Assembly (NCBI GenBank): GCA_048213135.1
Contig: PS015133.1
Span: forward strand, 138,167 to 189,297
DNA from: Reclinomonas americana ATCC 50394
Taxonomy: Eukaryota
Direction of reading: 5' to 3'
Length of the DNA: 51,131 bases
Shown: piece after piece, positions 35,901-49,055 of the stretch
Layout of the letters: each line of letters begins with the position of its first letter
Position numbering within the stretch: the first letter of the stretch is position 1
Translations under genes and position numbers: made by a program
Notes under the pieces: model-generated
What the model saw: the letters and a program-made list of their open reading frames with translations, nothing else
Database searches by the model: none
Told to the model about the DNA's origin: nothing

Positions 35901-37088
35901 AAGGCTGCCGACTGTGACCGGCTTTTGCAAATGGACGGAAATGGTGGTGGTCGCCGGTAGCGATGTCACCGTCGTGGCAGAGGGGCGCATCGGCGGATAC
36001 GTGACGGTGCGTGAGCCGACAGGCGGACTCACGACAGCGGCAGCCGTCGTCGACGTGGTTGTGGTTCCGCTTGCGCCGGCCGACAGCGAGGCATTCAGTC
36101 GTGGACTGGCCGCCGGACTGGAGCCGCTCTTGTTGGGCGAAACCTTGGCCGCTGCCTTGCCGCCCTTGACCACAGACACACGCGCCGCCACGGATTCGTC
36201 GACGTGTGTCGGCGACAGTGTCGACGCGCTGAATGGTGAGTGCACAAGCGCCCGGCCAATGAGCTCGTCCAGCGCTGCTGCGCCTCCACTACCACCGTCT
36301 CCTCCGCCATGAGCTGGCTCCGTTGTCATGCGTCGATTGACACGCGGACTGTTGCCGCCACCGGTGGTCGCCCCCGCACTGATTCGTCGCCGATGATTGC
36401 TGCGAGTCTGCGACGCATTAAAACGCACCGTGTCAGCAAAAGCAGAGCGGGTGATGGATGAGGGGAAAATGTGCACCACATCGAGGTCTGTCGCGCTGGG
36501 TTTCGGTGGAGACACGGGAGGCGATGCAGATGCAGCAAAAACAGCAGCAGCAGCGGTTGGTGCGAGTACAGGTGGAGGGGAGGCCAGCGGAGAATCCGCC
36601 GAGGTGACAATCGGCGAACTGCCACGACCCGTGGTCTTCAGGAACGAGGGTGCGGGGACGGGAGAACCGCGCGACGCGGGAGCAGCAACGGCGGCCGCTG
36701 GTCCTCTGGCGCTCCGATGAGCACCCACGGGACGACCACCGTCCTCCAACACAGAGTCCACTGGCGACTTCCACTCCAGCGCCTCGGCCGCCGGCGACAT
36801 GCCCATCCGACTCCCAAACATGGCCTCGTCGGGCGACAGCGGCAGCTCCACAGGTGGTGCGGCAGCCGCCGGCTCGAACAGTCGATTGAACTTGACTCGA
36901 TCGTGCGGATCCGGCGGCACGAGTGGACCAGTGCCGGAGCGTGGCGGTGGTGGTTGCAGAAAGCGGCGTGCACTGCTCGGGGCCGCGATGGGGGACAGCT
37001 GGGGGGACGGGCAAAGGGTGAGTCAATGTGAAGCGAAAGGGGGAGGGAGAGAAAGAAGATGCAATACTCTCTCTCTCATTCTCCATGA

Positions 37089-37128
<40 letters not shown>

Positions 37129-39578
37129 GTGCACGAAACGACGTTTTGTGATGGTGGCGACTGCACACCACTGCCGCCATCAGCGGGTGGAGGTGAGCCC
37201 ATGCTCTCGGGTGAGGTGAGAATGGAGCGCTCCGACTTAAAAATGCTCTCGACACGCATTACTGTGGAGGTAGACATGAGTCAGCACACAGGGAGGTAGA
37301 GAGAAAATAAAGCGAAACACAGCATACCTTGCTCAAGCACACTGCTCCGCCACTCGCTGTTGCGTTTGATGACATCCATGTACGTGGACGAGGTCCGGGA
37401 GGTCAGCTGCAGCGGTGTCTCCTGATTGACGCCCCACCAAAACACAGTGCCGCGGTCTGCACGCATGTTCCATGTGAGTGAGCAAGGCACAGGAATCAAA
37501 ACACAGTCTCACATCAAGGGCGATCTCTCTTCGAGCCAAGATGGATCTCACATGTGCACCTGAGCCTGGCACAAGGAACTGACCTTCGCCCACCAACTCT
37601 CTTGTATCTCACTCTGTCGCCTGACACTCGCCCAAACATAAACATCGCCCGTTTGCTTTCGATCGTCCTTCTAACCTGTTGCTAAGGCAACCTCACTTGC
37701 TGGATCGCATTCCGAGCAGATCTATTCCATCCATTTCTCCCTATCTCTTTTTCTCCCTTGATGCATGTGTTCTTCCTCCTTTGTCTTCTTCTTCCTCCTC
37801 CTCCTTTTCTTGTTTTCTTCTTCTTATCGTTCTTCTTCTACTCTTTCCTCATCTCCTTCTTCCTTTCTCTGTCCCTCATCTAATTCTTTTTTCCTTCCTT
37901 TGTACTCGCTCCTTCCCCTTCTGCTTCCTCCCCTCAACAACCCTCACCTGTCACCGCCACACAATGCGAAGGCGAGCAGACCAGATCGCGCACATTGTGA
38001 CCCGTGAGAGCCTCCACCACGGTCGGCTGCGACGACGACTCGGACGACCCGCGCGCCAACAGCCCGTCCGCCCGATTGCCCCACGAATAGAGAGCGCCGG
38101 TCTCTGTCACCGCAAAACTCGACTCCTTTTCCGCAAACACTCGCAGCACTCGTAATCTCTCAAGTCCCGACACTGGCAGTAGCGAATCTGCGCATCGCCG
38201 CAAATGCACAATCAGCAAACAATCACATCACGAACCCGACTCTCTTCGTGAGCGCACCATGTGACGATGTCCCGGGACCGAGTTGACCCTGCTTGTTGAC
38301 ACCGCAGCCGACCACGTGCCCATCCACGGTCAAAAACAGCACGTGCCGTGAGCCAGTGGCACAATCCACAAAATTGCCCTGCACCGAGTGCGAGTGCGTC
38401 ACTCGCTTGCCGTCCTGCACCCACCAGAATGCCCGTGACTCTGCGCGCCACGAGTATTAGCAAGCGGTTACAAAAAGAGAGCCGACGCATTCGAGGAGAG
38501 GCGAGTCACCAGTGCAGGCACAAAAACGCGCCACCAATGACGCCGCCGACATGCCAATGACGGGCTCACGGCCAATCGGTTCTCGGTCATCCACCACCGC
38601 CGCCTCGTTCCACGTGTTGAGCAGGGCGGCCTCTAATGGTGGTGGTTCACCTGCGCAACGGACGAAAAGGGTGAGATGAGAGAGAGAAGCGACAATGAGA
38701 AGCCGCAACACACTACTCACCGACTGCGCCCACTGGCCGCTCCGCCACCATCTCCAGCGCCTCCGACACGCTCCTCGCAGCGATGCTGCTCTTGGTCGAC
38801 GCTAATTGTGTTGGCGACCACACCAGAACGTGCCGGCCACTTCGATGTTGATCTGTGGGTGAGTAGGAGAAGAGAAATGGTGAGAAAGGAGAAGGGAAGG
38901 AGAAAGAGGGAACGGAGGAGACAGCGGAGGAGATAGAGGGAACGGTAGAGAAAGAGGGAATGGAGGAGAAAGAAGGAACGGAGGAGAAAGAGGGAATGGA
39001 GGAGAAAGAGAGAAGGACGAGAAAGAGCGAAGGACGAGAAAGAGGAAGGGACGAGAAAGAGTGAAGAGAGGAGAATAAGGGAACGGAGGAGAACGAGGGA
39101 ACAGAGGAGAGAGAGGGAACGAATGCAGAGATAGAAGCGAGAAGGACGCGGAGAATGATAGACACGGAGAAGAAAACTGAGATGAAGGCACCCCTTCCCC
39201 TGTAATGCCACTTTCCCTTTGACTCACCAATGGCCACCGCCAAATGCGACTCGCCCACGCTCATGTGGGTCACCGACACATGCCCACCGCCCAGCATCGC
39301 CATTTGATCCACATGCACCGTGCCCAGCTCCGAATCGACCTCCACGCGATACACATGCATCGACTGCGCATCGGAGATAGCAAACAAGAAGCGCCCGTCC
39401 TCCACCAACACCATGCGCTTGGCGCGCTTCACACTGGCATGACAGGAGCCGACACGCAGCGGCTGCAGCACGTTGCTGTCCCCGTCGCCATCGTCGGCGG
39501 CCAGCGACGAAGCCGTGGCCGCAGCACGTCGCTGCCAGGCACTCAGCTCGCGAGTTGACCAGCCACTCGGGTCACCAG
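32922..39578 (-). CDS. Large protein with N-terminal RCC1-like repeats, long S/P/T/A-rich disordered linker and C-terminal coiled coils; 5' end in or beyond the 39834-40215 gap
   Basis: RCC1 blades CATGSRHVLFLTVDGHVVGCGVNKQGQLG, SSFAVTETGALYSWGNRADGLLARG and SHCVAVTDRGTVFWWG; about 10 exons splice in phase; TGA at 32924-32922. Confidence 0.8.
38905..39122. repeat. 18-bp intronic minisatellite (GGAACGGAGGAGAAAGAG-like)
   Basis: Multiple diverged copies lie in an intron of the RCC1-repeat gene. Confidence 0.75.
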
Positions 39579-40644
39579 CTGCACGGGGAAAGAGGGAAGA
39601 GTGAGTGAAAGAGAAGGGCGATGAGATGCAGAGAGAGAAGAAGGCTCAGAGGCCACAATCTCACTCTCTGAGAGAGACAGAAGGATGAACAAGGCATATA
39701 ATGCATCGGAAGGCGACAGAGGGTGACAAGGAGAAACCAACAGAGAAGAGAGGAGTCACAGTGAGAGACACTGAAGAATGAAAGAGCGTGTCATAAGGCG
39801 TCGGAAGGAGACGGTTACCAAGGCATTGACTGANNNNNNNNNNNNNNNNNNNNNNNNNNNNNNNNNNNNNNNNNNNNNNNNNNNNNNNNNNNNNNNNNNN
39901 NNNNNNNNNNNNNNNNNNNNNNNNNNNNNNNNNNNNNNNNNNNNNNNNNNNNNNNNNNNNNNNNNNNNNNNNNNNNNNNNNNNNNNNNNNNNNNNNNNNN
40001 NNNNNNNNNNNNNNNNNNNNNNNNNNNNNNNNNNNNNNNNNNNNNNNNNNNNNNNNNNNNNNNNNNNNNNNNNNNNNNNNNNNNNNNNNNNNNNNNNNNN
40101 NNNNNNNNNNNNNNNNNNNNNNNNNNNNNNNNNNNNNNNNNNNNNNNNNNNNNNNNNNNNNNNNNNNNNNNNNNNNNNNNNNNNNNNNNNNNNNNNNNNN
40201 NNNNNNNNNNNNNNNCTCTCTCTCTCTCTCTCTCTCTCTGTGCAGCGACTGTGAGGAAACCGAGCAAGTCACTCAGTCAGAGACAGAGAGAGACATCCTC
40301 CCTTCTCTCACTCACTCTCACTCTCTCTCTCTCTCTCACTCACTCACTCACCCGCCAACACCAACACCAATCGCGACGAACAACATGCCACAGGCCAAAG
40401 CACACTCTCACTCATAAAAAAACACACACAAGAGAAAAAAAAGGCCCTCACAAACAGAGACAAATTGCAACTGAGCAGCTCTCCACACAATCACACTGTC
40501 TCACATACAACACAACGCGCAAAAGAGAGACGTGCGCAGTGTGTGTTTCTCTCTCTCTCTCTCTCTGTGTGTGTGTGCGCGTGTCTGACTGTCTCACTCA
40601 CTGACACACACACAAGAAAGTGAGCGACTCCTTTTCTTTCTCAC

Positions 40645-43600
40645 ATGTCAATCCGCGATCAACGCGATCTCTTTGCTGCTGCTGCTCAACAACAACAGCA
40701 ACAGCAACAGCAACAACAAGTTGGACCCATGCATGGTGAGCAGCAAAGAGAGAGTGAGAGAGTAAGACATAGAGTGAGTGTGTGCAACTGCTCGCATGTG
40801 CAAGTGTGCGTGTGTATGCATGTGTGGAGAGAGTGTGCGTGCGAGAGTGCGTGTGTGTGTGAGAGTGCGTGAGTGTGAGAGAGAGAGAGGAAGACGCGAC
40901 TTTTGTCTCGATTTCTCCTACTGTTCGCACACACGCACGCGCACGCACACTTCACACACACACGCACGCGCTCTCTCTCACGCACACACACCCTGCCTTC
41001 CCTTGCACTCACGCACACGCTCACACACACGCACACGCACACATGACTCACACTATCACACACAGACGGTCGTCACGATGGCAGCGGCCTCACGTCGACT
41101 GCCGAGCTGCAACAACGCCTGGCCGCCTATCGCACACGCCGACGCCAGGCATCGTCTGCGTCAGGCGGAGGAGGTGCCGCAAACTCGGCCTCTGCGCTGG
41201 TCATGTCGGCCGCGAGCGCCACACACGCGCACTCGNNNNNNNNNNNNNNNNNNNNTTCCAGAATGCGGAGACGGCTCGCGCGGACATGGAGCGGCGAGTT
41301 CGTGCCGAGGTCGAGCAGGCGTCGGCGGTGGAGCGCAGCATGCTGCAGAAGCGTGTGGCCAGCTTGCAGCAGGAGATTGAGGCACTGCGCAAGACGGATC
41401 GTGACGGCAAGGAGCGCTTTGCGCAGGAGAATCGCGATGTGCGCGACGAGGTTTGTTCGATGGACGCTCACTTTTTTCTTTGATTTACAAAAAAATATCC
41501 TCACCTCTTCCTCCTCCATTTCGCCAGTCGTCGCGTCGCCTGCAGGAGCAATCGGCCATGTTCATGGAGCAAATTGCGGCGCTGAATGCCGAACTCAATC
41601 AGGCTCGCGACGAGAACAAGCGACTGGAGTTGGAGCACATGCGCCGCCTCGATCAGATGCGCAAGGAGGTGGAGGACCACGGTGACCAGAAGGCTTCCAG
41701 TATCGCCGGCGAGTACAAGGCGCTGGCCGACGAGACGCTGGCCGAGTGCAACCGTCTGAAGGAGTCGCTGCGTGTGCGTGAGAACGAGCATCAGCGCCTG
41801 CTGGAGGACGTGAAGCGCGACGCCAATGCCAAGTGGTCGGACAAGCTGGCGCGCTCCGAGTCGGACTTCCGCGAGAAGCTCCGTGTGGCGCAAGTGGCGT
41901 TGGAGGAGCAGCGGTCGGCGGCTCACGAGCGCGAAGTCCAGTTCCTCTCGCAGTTGGAGGACGCACGCTCCGAGGTCGAGGCCGAGAGTGTGCGCAAGGC
42001 GCGCGAAATGATCGAGCACTACAAGCAGTTGCACGCCGAGGCCGACCGCGCATTGGCAGCGGTGAGTTTAATCATTGCGCATTCATCTCCTCCTTCCTCC
42101 CTGGTTTATTCACTCCTCATTCGTGCAGGAACGCGAAAAGCTGCGCCAGCAAGAAGTCATGCGCGTGCAGGAGGCCGACGAGGCACGCCTGCGCTACGAG
42201 CAGGAACTGAAGGTGCAGACGGAGAAGGCGATTGGCGAGTACCGCTCGGCCGCCTCGACAGCGCGCCAGGAGGCTGCACAGCTGCGCGAGGAGCTCAACA
42301 AGCGCACTGTGGCGAACGCCAAGGCACTGGAGGAGGCACGCCTGCGTATGCAGCAAGAGGCCACGGCCAAGGTGGAGAGCGTAATTCGCGAGTTCGAGGA
42401 GCTGTCGCACAAGAACACGGAGAACGTGTCGCGCGAGCACAGCGACTTGATGCGCAAGGTGGAGGAGCAAAAGGCGACGCTGGAGCGCCGTTTGCGCGTG
42501 GAGCATGCCGCAGTGATTGAGGTGTGGTTGGGCGAGATCGTTTGTGGAGACGTTGTTATTGTCTGTGCTGAACTTGTGCTCGCAGGAAATGACACAACGA
42601 CTAATGGCCGCCGAGGAGAAGCTGGCGCACGAGCGCGAGGGTTCGGTGCAACGCGAGAAGGCGATGCTGGAGCGCATGGAGGCGGAGCGGAACTCCCGCA
42701 TTGACGAGTACCGACAGCGGTTGGAGGAGGTGACGCAGCAGCACCGCAAGGATGTGGAGCTGATGTTGAGCCGGCTGGAGAGCATTGAGCGAGGTTTGGT
42801 TGGGGGGGAAACGCACGCGGCAATCGTGGAATGTGTCTCTCATTATTGTGGCACACACATGCAGATGGCTTTGCTCAGTCGGCTTCCAGCCGCCTGGAAT
42901 TCGAGCGCGCAGTGATGCTGAAGGCCGAGGAGTTGGTGGCGCATCACCGCCACGTATCCGACGCCGCCGTGCGTGACGTGGAGAAGGCCAAGGCCGCCAA
43001 TGCTGCCGCGGAGTTGGTGAGTGTTTGTGTCTCTTTGTCCCTTTAGTATCATTTTCTTGTACTCTTTACTGCCTTCTATAGTTCATGTGCTCCCTCTTTT
43101 TCTTTTTCTTCTTCTCCCGGCCATTTCCCGTGTTTATTTCCTTCTCGCTGTCTCTTTCTCTCCCTCCTTCCCTCTCCTCCTCCCCCTCCCTCTGCCTTGG
43201 CACTCCCTCTTTTTTCCCTCTCTCCCTCTCCCTCTCCCTCTCCCTCTCCCTCTCCCTCTCCCTCTCCCTCTCCCTCTCCCTCTCCCCTCTCCCCTCTCCC
43301 CTCTCCCCTCTCCTGCCTTCCCCTCTCCTGCCTTCCCCTCATTCGCCTTGGCCCCACAGGACGGCAAGCAACGCCTGCTGGAGGCCGTGTCGCGCGCCAA
43401 GGAGGAGTGCAACCGCCTGCTGGAGCTCAAGATTATGGAGCGCGACCGTCGCGAGGCCGACCTGCGTGACCAGATCCGCCAGCTGCATGAGCAAAAGGCA
43501 GTGGAGGTTGCGTGCATATTCTGTTGTGGTTGTGTGTTCTCCTCCGTGAGACAATTGTCACTCACATATAACTTTGATCATCCGCAGATGGCCGCACTCA

Positions 43601-46600
43601 CCGAGGAGCACACGCGCGAGGCGTCTGAGTTTGAGCGCAAGGTGTTTGATCGCAGTGCGCTGCTCATTGAGCAGTACCAGGCGTCGACGCGCAAGGCCAA
43701 CCAGATGCTGGAGGAGGAGCGACTGGCGTGGGCGGAGCGTGAGCGTGCTCTTCTGTCCCAGATCGAGGCTATGCGTGTGGACATTTCCGCGCAGGCCGAC
43801 GAAAAGTCACGACAGACGGTCGACTTTTACGCCAAGCAACTGAAGAAGGCGGAGGAACGAGCGGCGGCGGCGGAGCAGCGCATGGCTTCTCGGGAGGCTG
43901 AGTTGCTGGACGAGGATGCGCGAGCGAAACACGAGGCGATTGCCGAAACGCGCAAGGCGGTGGAGAAGGAGTACGAGGGTGCAGTGCGTCGTCTGGAGGA
44001 GACGATTACTCAGCTGCGCGCCGAGCTGCTGCAGCGCGAAGAGGTGTGTGTGTGTTTCTTTTCCTGTTGATATGATTTGTGCTTTCTGCCCTGCTCACTC
44101 GCGTATCCACCGCAGCGTCTCAACAAGGGCCTCGAAGAGGGTGCGGCGGCCAGCAGTGCTCGTGAGCAGGCGTTGCAGCGCAAGTTGGAGGAGCGCATGG
44201 CAGCGTATCGCGACAGCGTGTTGAAGGAGATTGCGGAGAAGGAGGCTCAGTTGCGAGTCGACAGGGCGCAGATTGACGAGCACCGCGCTCAGCTGGAGCG
44301 TGAAATGGTCGCCCACTTGCAGTCCGAGAAGCTCAAGAGTTGCGTTGTTTTGTCAGGGGCGATGTTTGTTGTCTCTGCGTCCTGTTGACTTACCGAGCGC
44401 GACATGAACAGTGGAAACGGATTTGCGATCGGCGGTGGACCAGGTGCGCCGCAAGATGGAGGAGTCGTTTGAGTCGAGACTAAAGGCCGACCGTGCGGCT
44501 CACAACAACGAGGTGGCGACGTACTTGGCTGAACTTGTTGCGTACCTTGTCGTGAACACATCGCCCTCCGGAAAAGATGACTCGTTCTCACGCATTTTAT
44601 ACTGCAGGATCGTCTGAGGGCAGCACTGGACGACCAGGAGGCTCAGTTGCACGCCAAGGATGCCGAGGTGTCCGACATTCGTCTGCAGACCAAGATGGAC
44701 TTGCGCACGCTGGCTGGTGAGTTTTTTCCTTTTGCTGAGCACGCTCGAGAGTCCACGATTCGTGTCATGCTCACTTGCTTGTGTGTGCAGCGAAAGCACA
44801 AGAGGAGATTGCAAACAAGCAGCGGGAGGTGGAAGCACGAGTGCAGCAGCTCATTGACGAGCACGCACATGAGCGCAGTCGCCTGGCGGAGGAGAACGAC
44901 CGCCGCCACAATCAGCTCTTGTTGCAGGAGCAGCAGGTGCGATCACTGTGTCGTCTCTACGTGCATTGTGCGTTTACATGCCGTTGCTGACCCTGGATTT
45001 TTCTCACAGGCGCGCACCGAGTTTGAGCACGCTGTCCGTCTCGAGTACGCCGGTGCCATCAAGCAAATCGAGGCCAAGTGGCAGGCCGAGTTTGATCGGT
45101 GAGTGAGTTGAAGAATAGGTAGAGAGAATTGCTGCTTCCAGAGACTCACCTTCCTCTCTCCGCAGTCTCCAAGCGCAGCTTCGTGAAGAGCAACTGGAGG
45201 GCGAGAAGCGTGAGGCCGCCCTGCGTGCACAACTTGTGTCTGTGCGTCAGCGAGCAGAGGAGGAGGCACGACAGCGGTGGTTGGTGACCAAGAACGAGCT
45301 GACTGTTGCGTACATTGCTGGCTTGACGCTGTCATCATACCTATTGTGTGTGAGCTTTGATGCTCGTGTGCCGCGCTGCCTGCTGCTCTCTTTCCGTCGT
45401 TCATGTCATTCTTCTTTAGAGTGCTCTTTGTTTATTTGTCTTGCCAAAGTCTGTGTGCTCTTCCTCTCTCTATGCTTACTGGTGGGTGACGTGCAGGCCC
45501 TTCACGAGCAACGTGTGCAAGCGCTGGTGGTGCAAGCGGAGGAGAGCAAGCGTGCGTGGGAGATTGAGCGTGAATCGATGCGCACGGCCAAGGCCCGCGC
45601 TCTGGACCAGGTCACTGATGAGCTGAAGAGAGTGCACGAGAAGGAGAAGGCCGATTTGGAGCGTGCCCGGGAGATGGAGCGATCGGCGTTGCGCGAGTCG
45701 CTGGAATCGGAGCGCCGACAGTGGGAGGAGCAGTACGTGGAGATTACGCGCCTGCATGAGCTCAGTTTGATTGAGCTGGAGGAGAAGAATCGCGCTGCGA
45801 CGCGCGACTTTTTGGCCACCATGCGCGCCGACGAGGAGGGCCAGATTCGCAAGCTGAAGGACGAGGAGCTGAAGCTGCGCGAGCAGTTCATGGCCGCCTA
45901 CCGCGAGCGTGAGGGTCGAATGTTGGACGAGAAGTTGGCGCTGGAGAAGGACTTGCGTCGCAAGGTGAAAAGAAGAGAGAAAGAGAATTGACCTTGTGAT
46001 GGTTTCTGATCGCTCACTCGCGCTTGCAGATGGAAGAGCATCTGGCCGCCGCAGAGGAGGCCGCCAAGTTGGAGTTGGAGCAACGCGAGACCTACTACCG
46101 ATCCATGCTGCAGCAACTGGACGACGAGCGTATTCAGCTGAAGCGCTCCTCGGAGGCCGATCGCAAGCGGTTCGAGCAGGACATTTTGGAGCGCACGAAC
46201 CGGCTGCTGGCGGAGCGCGAATCGGACTACGAGGACCGTCTGCGGTCGCTCACCGAGACGCAGGACCGTGAGCGCACTCTGTGGACCGAGGAGAAGGAGA
46301 CGATGCGGCAGCTGACGCACGACTGGCAGCTGAAGGTGGATGTGGCCGAGGAGCGTCTGGTCACGACGCGCTCGCACCTGGAGACGCAACTCCGGCAGCA
46401 GGAGCTGGCCTCATCCGACGCGCGACGCAAGCTGGAGGACGACTTGCGCCGCAAGTACGAGACCGATCTGCAGCAGATTGGCAAGCGCCTGAAGGAGACC
46501 TACGACCTGGAGTACCAGGCCATGCGCGAGCAGGCGGAGAGCGACAAGAAGCACGAGATCAGTCTGGTGGAGTCGCGTGAGCAGGGTGCACGGTTGGAGT

Positions 46601-47654
46601 TCCAGCGTGCCCTGGTCGAGAGACACTCGGCCGATCTCACCGAGTTGGAGGAGCGGTGGCGCGGCGAGGTTGAGAAGCTCCACAAGGCGCTGCAGGAGGC
46701 GCACCACGAGCGCGAGTCGGAGGCAGTGCAAGCCGGCATTCGTGCGGAGAAGGAGCGGCAGCGACTTGTGAGTGAGTTTGCGAAGGAGGCGGAGCGTTCA
46801 CGCGAATTGCTGGAGCAGACGCACGCCGAGTCGGCCAAGAGGCTCAAGTTGCGTAGCGCAGAGGGTCAAGAACCACGACGCGCGAGAGATGCTGACTGTG
46901 TTTTTTTCTTTAATGTTGCTACAGGACACAAGCGGCAGAGGAGAGTGCGGCGGCGGAGGCGCGTCATGTGGCCGAAGTGGAGGCACTGCGGCTGCAACTG
47001 GATCTCGACAAGCGCAACTTCACTGACAGTCTGCGCGCCCAGTACGAGGAGAAGCACGCTGCGCTGAAGGCCACCTACGACGAGTTGCTGTCGGACCGCG
47101 ACAGCGGTGTGGAAGCGGAGCGTGTGCGGCTGCACGAGACGTTTGCGCAGCAGTCGCAGACTCTGCGCTCGCAGCTCGATCAGATTCTGCGCCAGAAGGA
47201 CGACGATGTGAAGATCATGTTGCAGCAGGCCGAGGAGCGCTTTGCTCAGATTGACGCGGAGCGACAGGAACGGACTGCGCAGCAGCTGCACAAGTCGTTG
47301 GTGGAGCGCCGCGAATACGAGCAGCATGTGCACGAGCAGGCGGAGCAGCGCATCGAGGAGGTTCGCGACGGCCTGCGCAAGGAGCTTGCGGAGGCACTGA
47401 AGCGGGAGGAGGACGAGCGCGAGCAGCGGGATCGGGTGGCGACGGAGAAGGAGCACTTGGAGGCGCAAGTCCGCAAGTTGAAGCAGACGACATTCCGCTG
47501 GCGTGTCGACTACCAGCGGGAGACGCAGGAACGGTACAGCAACCTGCTGGCCGACATGGAGGCACGTCTGCAGGGCGAGTGCGAAGACTTGCGACGACAG
47601 ATTCTGCAAATGCAGGAGTTGCACCGACAGGAGGTTCTCACGTGGCAAGAGAAG
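40645..47654 (+). CDS. Very long E/R/Q/A/K-rich coiled-coil protein (about 1700 aa visible; 3' end in the 47677-47696 gap)
   Basis: Poly-Q start MSIRDQRDLFAAAAQQQ...; about 18 exons in phase; continuous charged helical composition nearly free of Pro; last visible donor at 47655. Confidence 0.82.
43220..43305. repeat. (CTCTCC)n hexanucleotide microsatellite, intronic
   Basis: Visible directly. Confidence 0.9.
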
Positions 47655-47696
47655 GTGTGTCGCCGCGGATTTTTACNNNNNNNNNNNNNNNNNNNN

Positions 47697-48589
47697 CGCC
47701 CCTCCATTTCCGTTTGTCATGCGAGCAAAGGCGTCCAATAGGCTGCGTTGCTCGGCGTCAGCTCCGTTGCCTCTGACTTCGTCGTCACCGTCGTCGTCAT
47801 CGTCACCTTCGTAGCGGCAGCAACCTTTGACCTGTGGAATGGAGCTCTCGTCTGCCACTCCCACGCAGTCGCACTCGCAGTAAAGATACCGGTCGCGAAA
47901 GGCGACTCGCCGCATGTCGTCCATGCAGGAGCACACGCGGGACGGCATGCAGCGCCAGCAGATGCAGCATACGGCCAGCGGCATCGTGCACGCTGTACGA
48001 ACCATGGACGGCGTGCAGCGGCCGGGAATCACCGGCAATATCATGCACGGAATGCTGGCAATGCCGGCAACGAGCGACAAGGCAAACAACGGCGGCGCCA
48101 GTGGTGCACACGAGATGCAGTGGTAGCAGCGAGCGCAGTGAGCACCGCCGCAGTGGCACGGTTGGGGGCAGCAGTAAAAGTCGCGCGCACAGCACCCGCA
48201 GCAGTGTTCGATGTACGGGCGGTAGCAGTCGCGCACGTGGCAGCAGCCGGCGGTACAGAATCGAGTCGTCGACAAGTACGGGATGCCGCTCTCCACGAAA
48301 ATGGAGCCCACCTCAACTTGGCGACCGTTGGACGCCGTGCGAGTTCCAATGGCAGTCGTCGTGGACCTATGTGGGTCCAATCGCATCCTACGCGCGCAGG
48401 AGAAGTAGAAGGAGAAGGACGACGAGTTAGAAAACACGGCAGCTAATTTTCTGTGCACACCCAGTTTACTCACGTGATATCCGTCGCACCGAGAGAAGCC
48501 AAGTCATTGAGTGCGTCCCGAACGCGCTCTTGATGCAGTTCCTGGAGGAACGCACTCTTGGAAACAGAAGTGGATTTGTTCGTCGCCAT
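47697..48589 (-). CDS. Uncharacterised cysteine-rich membrane protein (about 30 Cys; 3' end runs into the gap)
   Basis: Exon 1, 48589-48474 (MATNKSTSVSKSAFLQELHQERV...), joins in phase 2 via GTGAGT...TAG to exon 2 starting at 48387. CC clusters flank the hydrophobic segment APLAPPLFALSLVAGIASIPCMILPVIP; acidic tail. Confidence 0.72.
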
Positions 48590-49055
48590 CTCTCCGCTCA
48601 CCAACGTGGCACAAATCAGTTGGTGTTGTCAGAGCCGATGGTGCTGTCGCAAATGATGCATGCGTCGTGTTTGTCAGGCGGAGTGTGCCTGTTTGCCGTG
48701 AAGAGAAGCAATTCGGCCAATCCGCCGACATCCCTCCGCCGACATTGGTGATGCGACATTACCTTGTCGACTGCAACAACAACAACAGCAACGTTCATTT
48801 CTCTCTCTCATTTCTTTAGATGATAATAGTGATCGTACAGGAAGAGCAGACGAACCCGAGCCAGCTCACGTAAAAAGAACGAGACAACGAACAAGGGCAC
48901 TGCACTCTATTCGTCTCTCGACAGATAAGGGGGGAACAGATTAGATCAACAACACAGCAGATAAAGGCGACAACAGCAACAGCAACAGCAACAACAGCAA
49001 CAACATCAACAGCACAATAGGACACAGCACGAACACGAACGCGCGTGTGTGTGCA

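Larger units (their letters stand above)
979..47696. other. Eleven assembly gaps: 979-1285, 5423-5819, 9125-9534, 16285-16612, 20615-20770, 25336-25591, 26202-26221, 28902-29530, 39834-40215, 41236-41255, 47677-47696
   Basis: Runs of N; the three 20-N gaps are probably placeholders of unknown size. Confidence 0.97.

Noticed and set aside
37600-37680. Apparent in-frame TAG before an RCC1-like TGDVYVW on the minus strand, suggesting stop-codon reassignment
   Set aside because: A single intron (37946-37458) gives a better RCC1 blade, HCVAVTDRGTVFWWG. TAA, TAG and TGA all act as true stops in this window.
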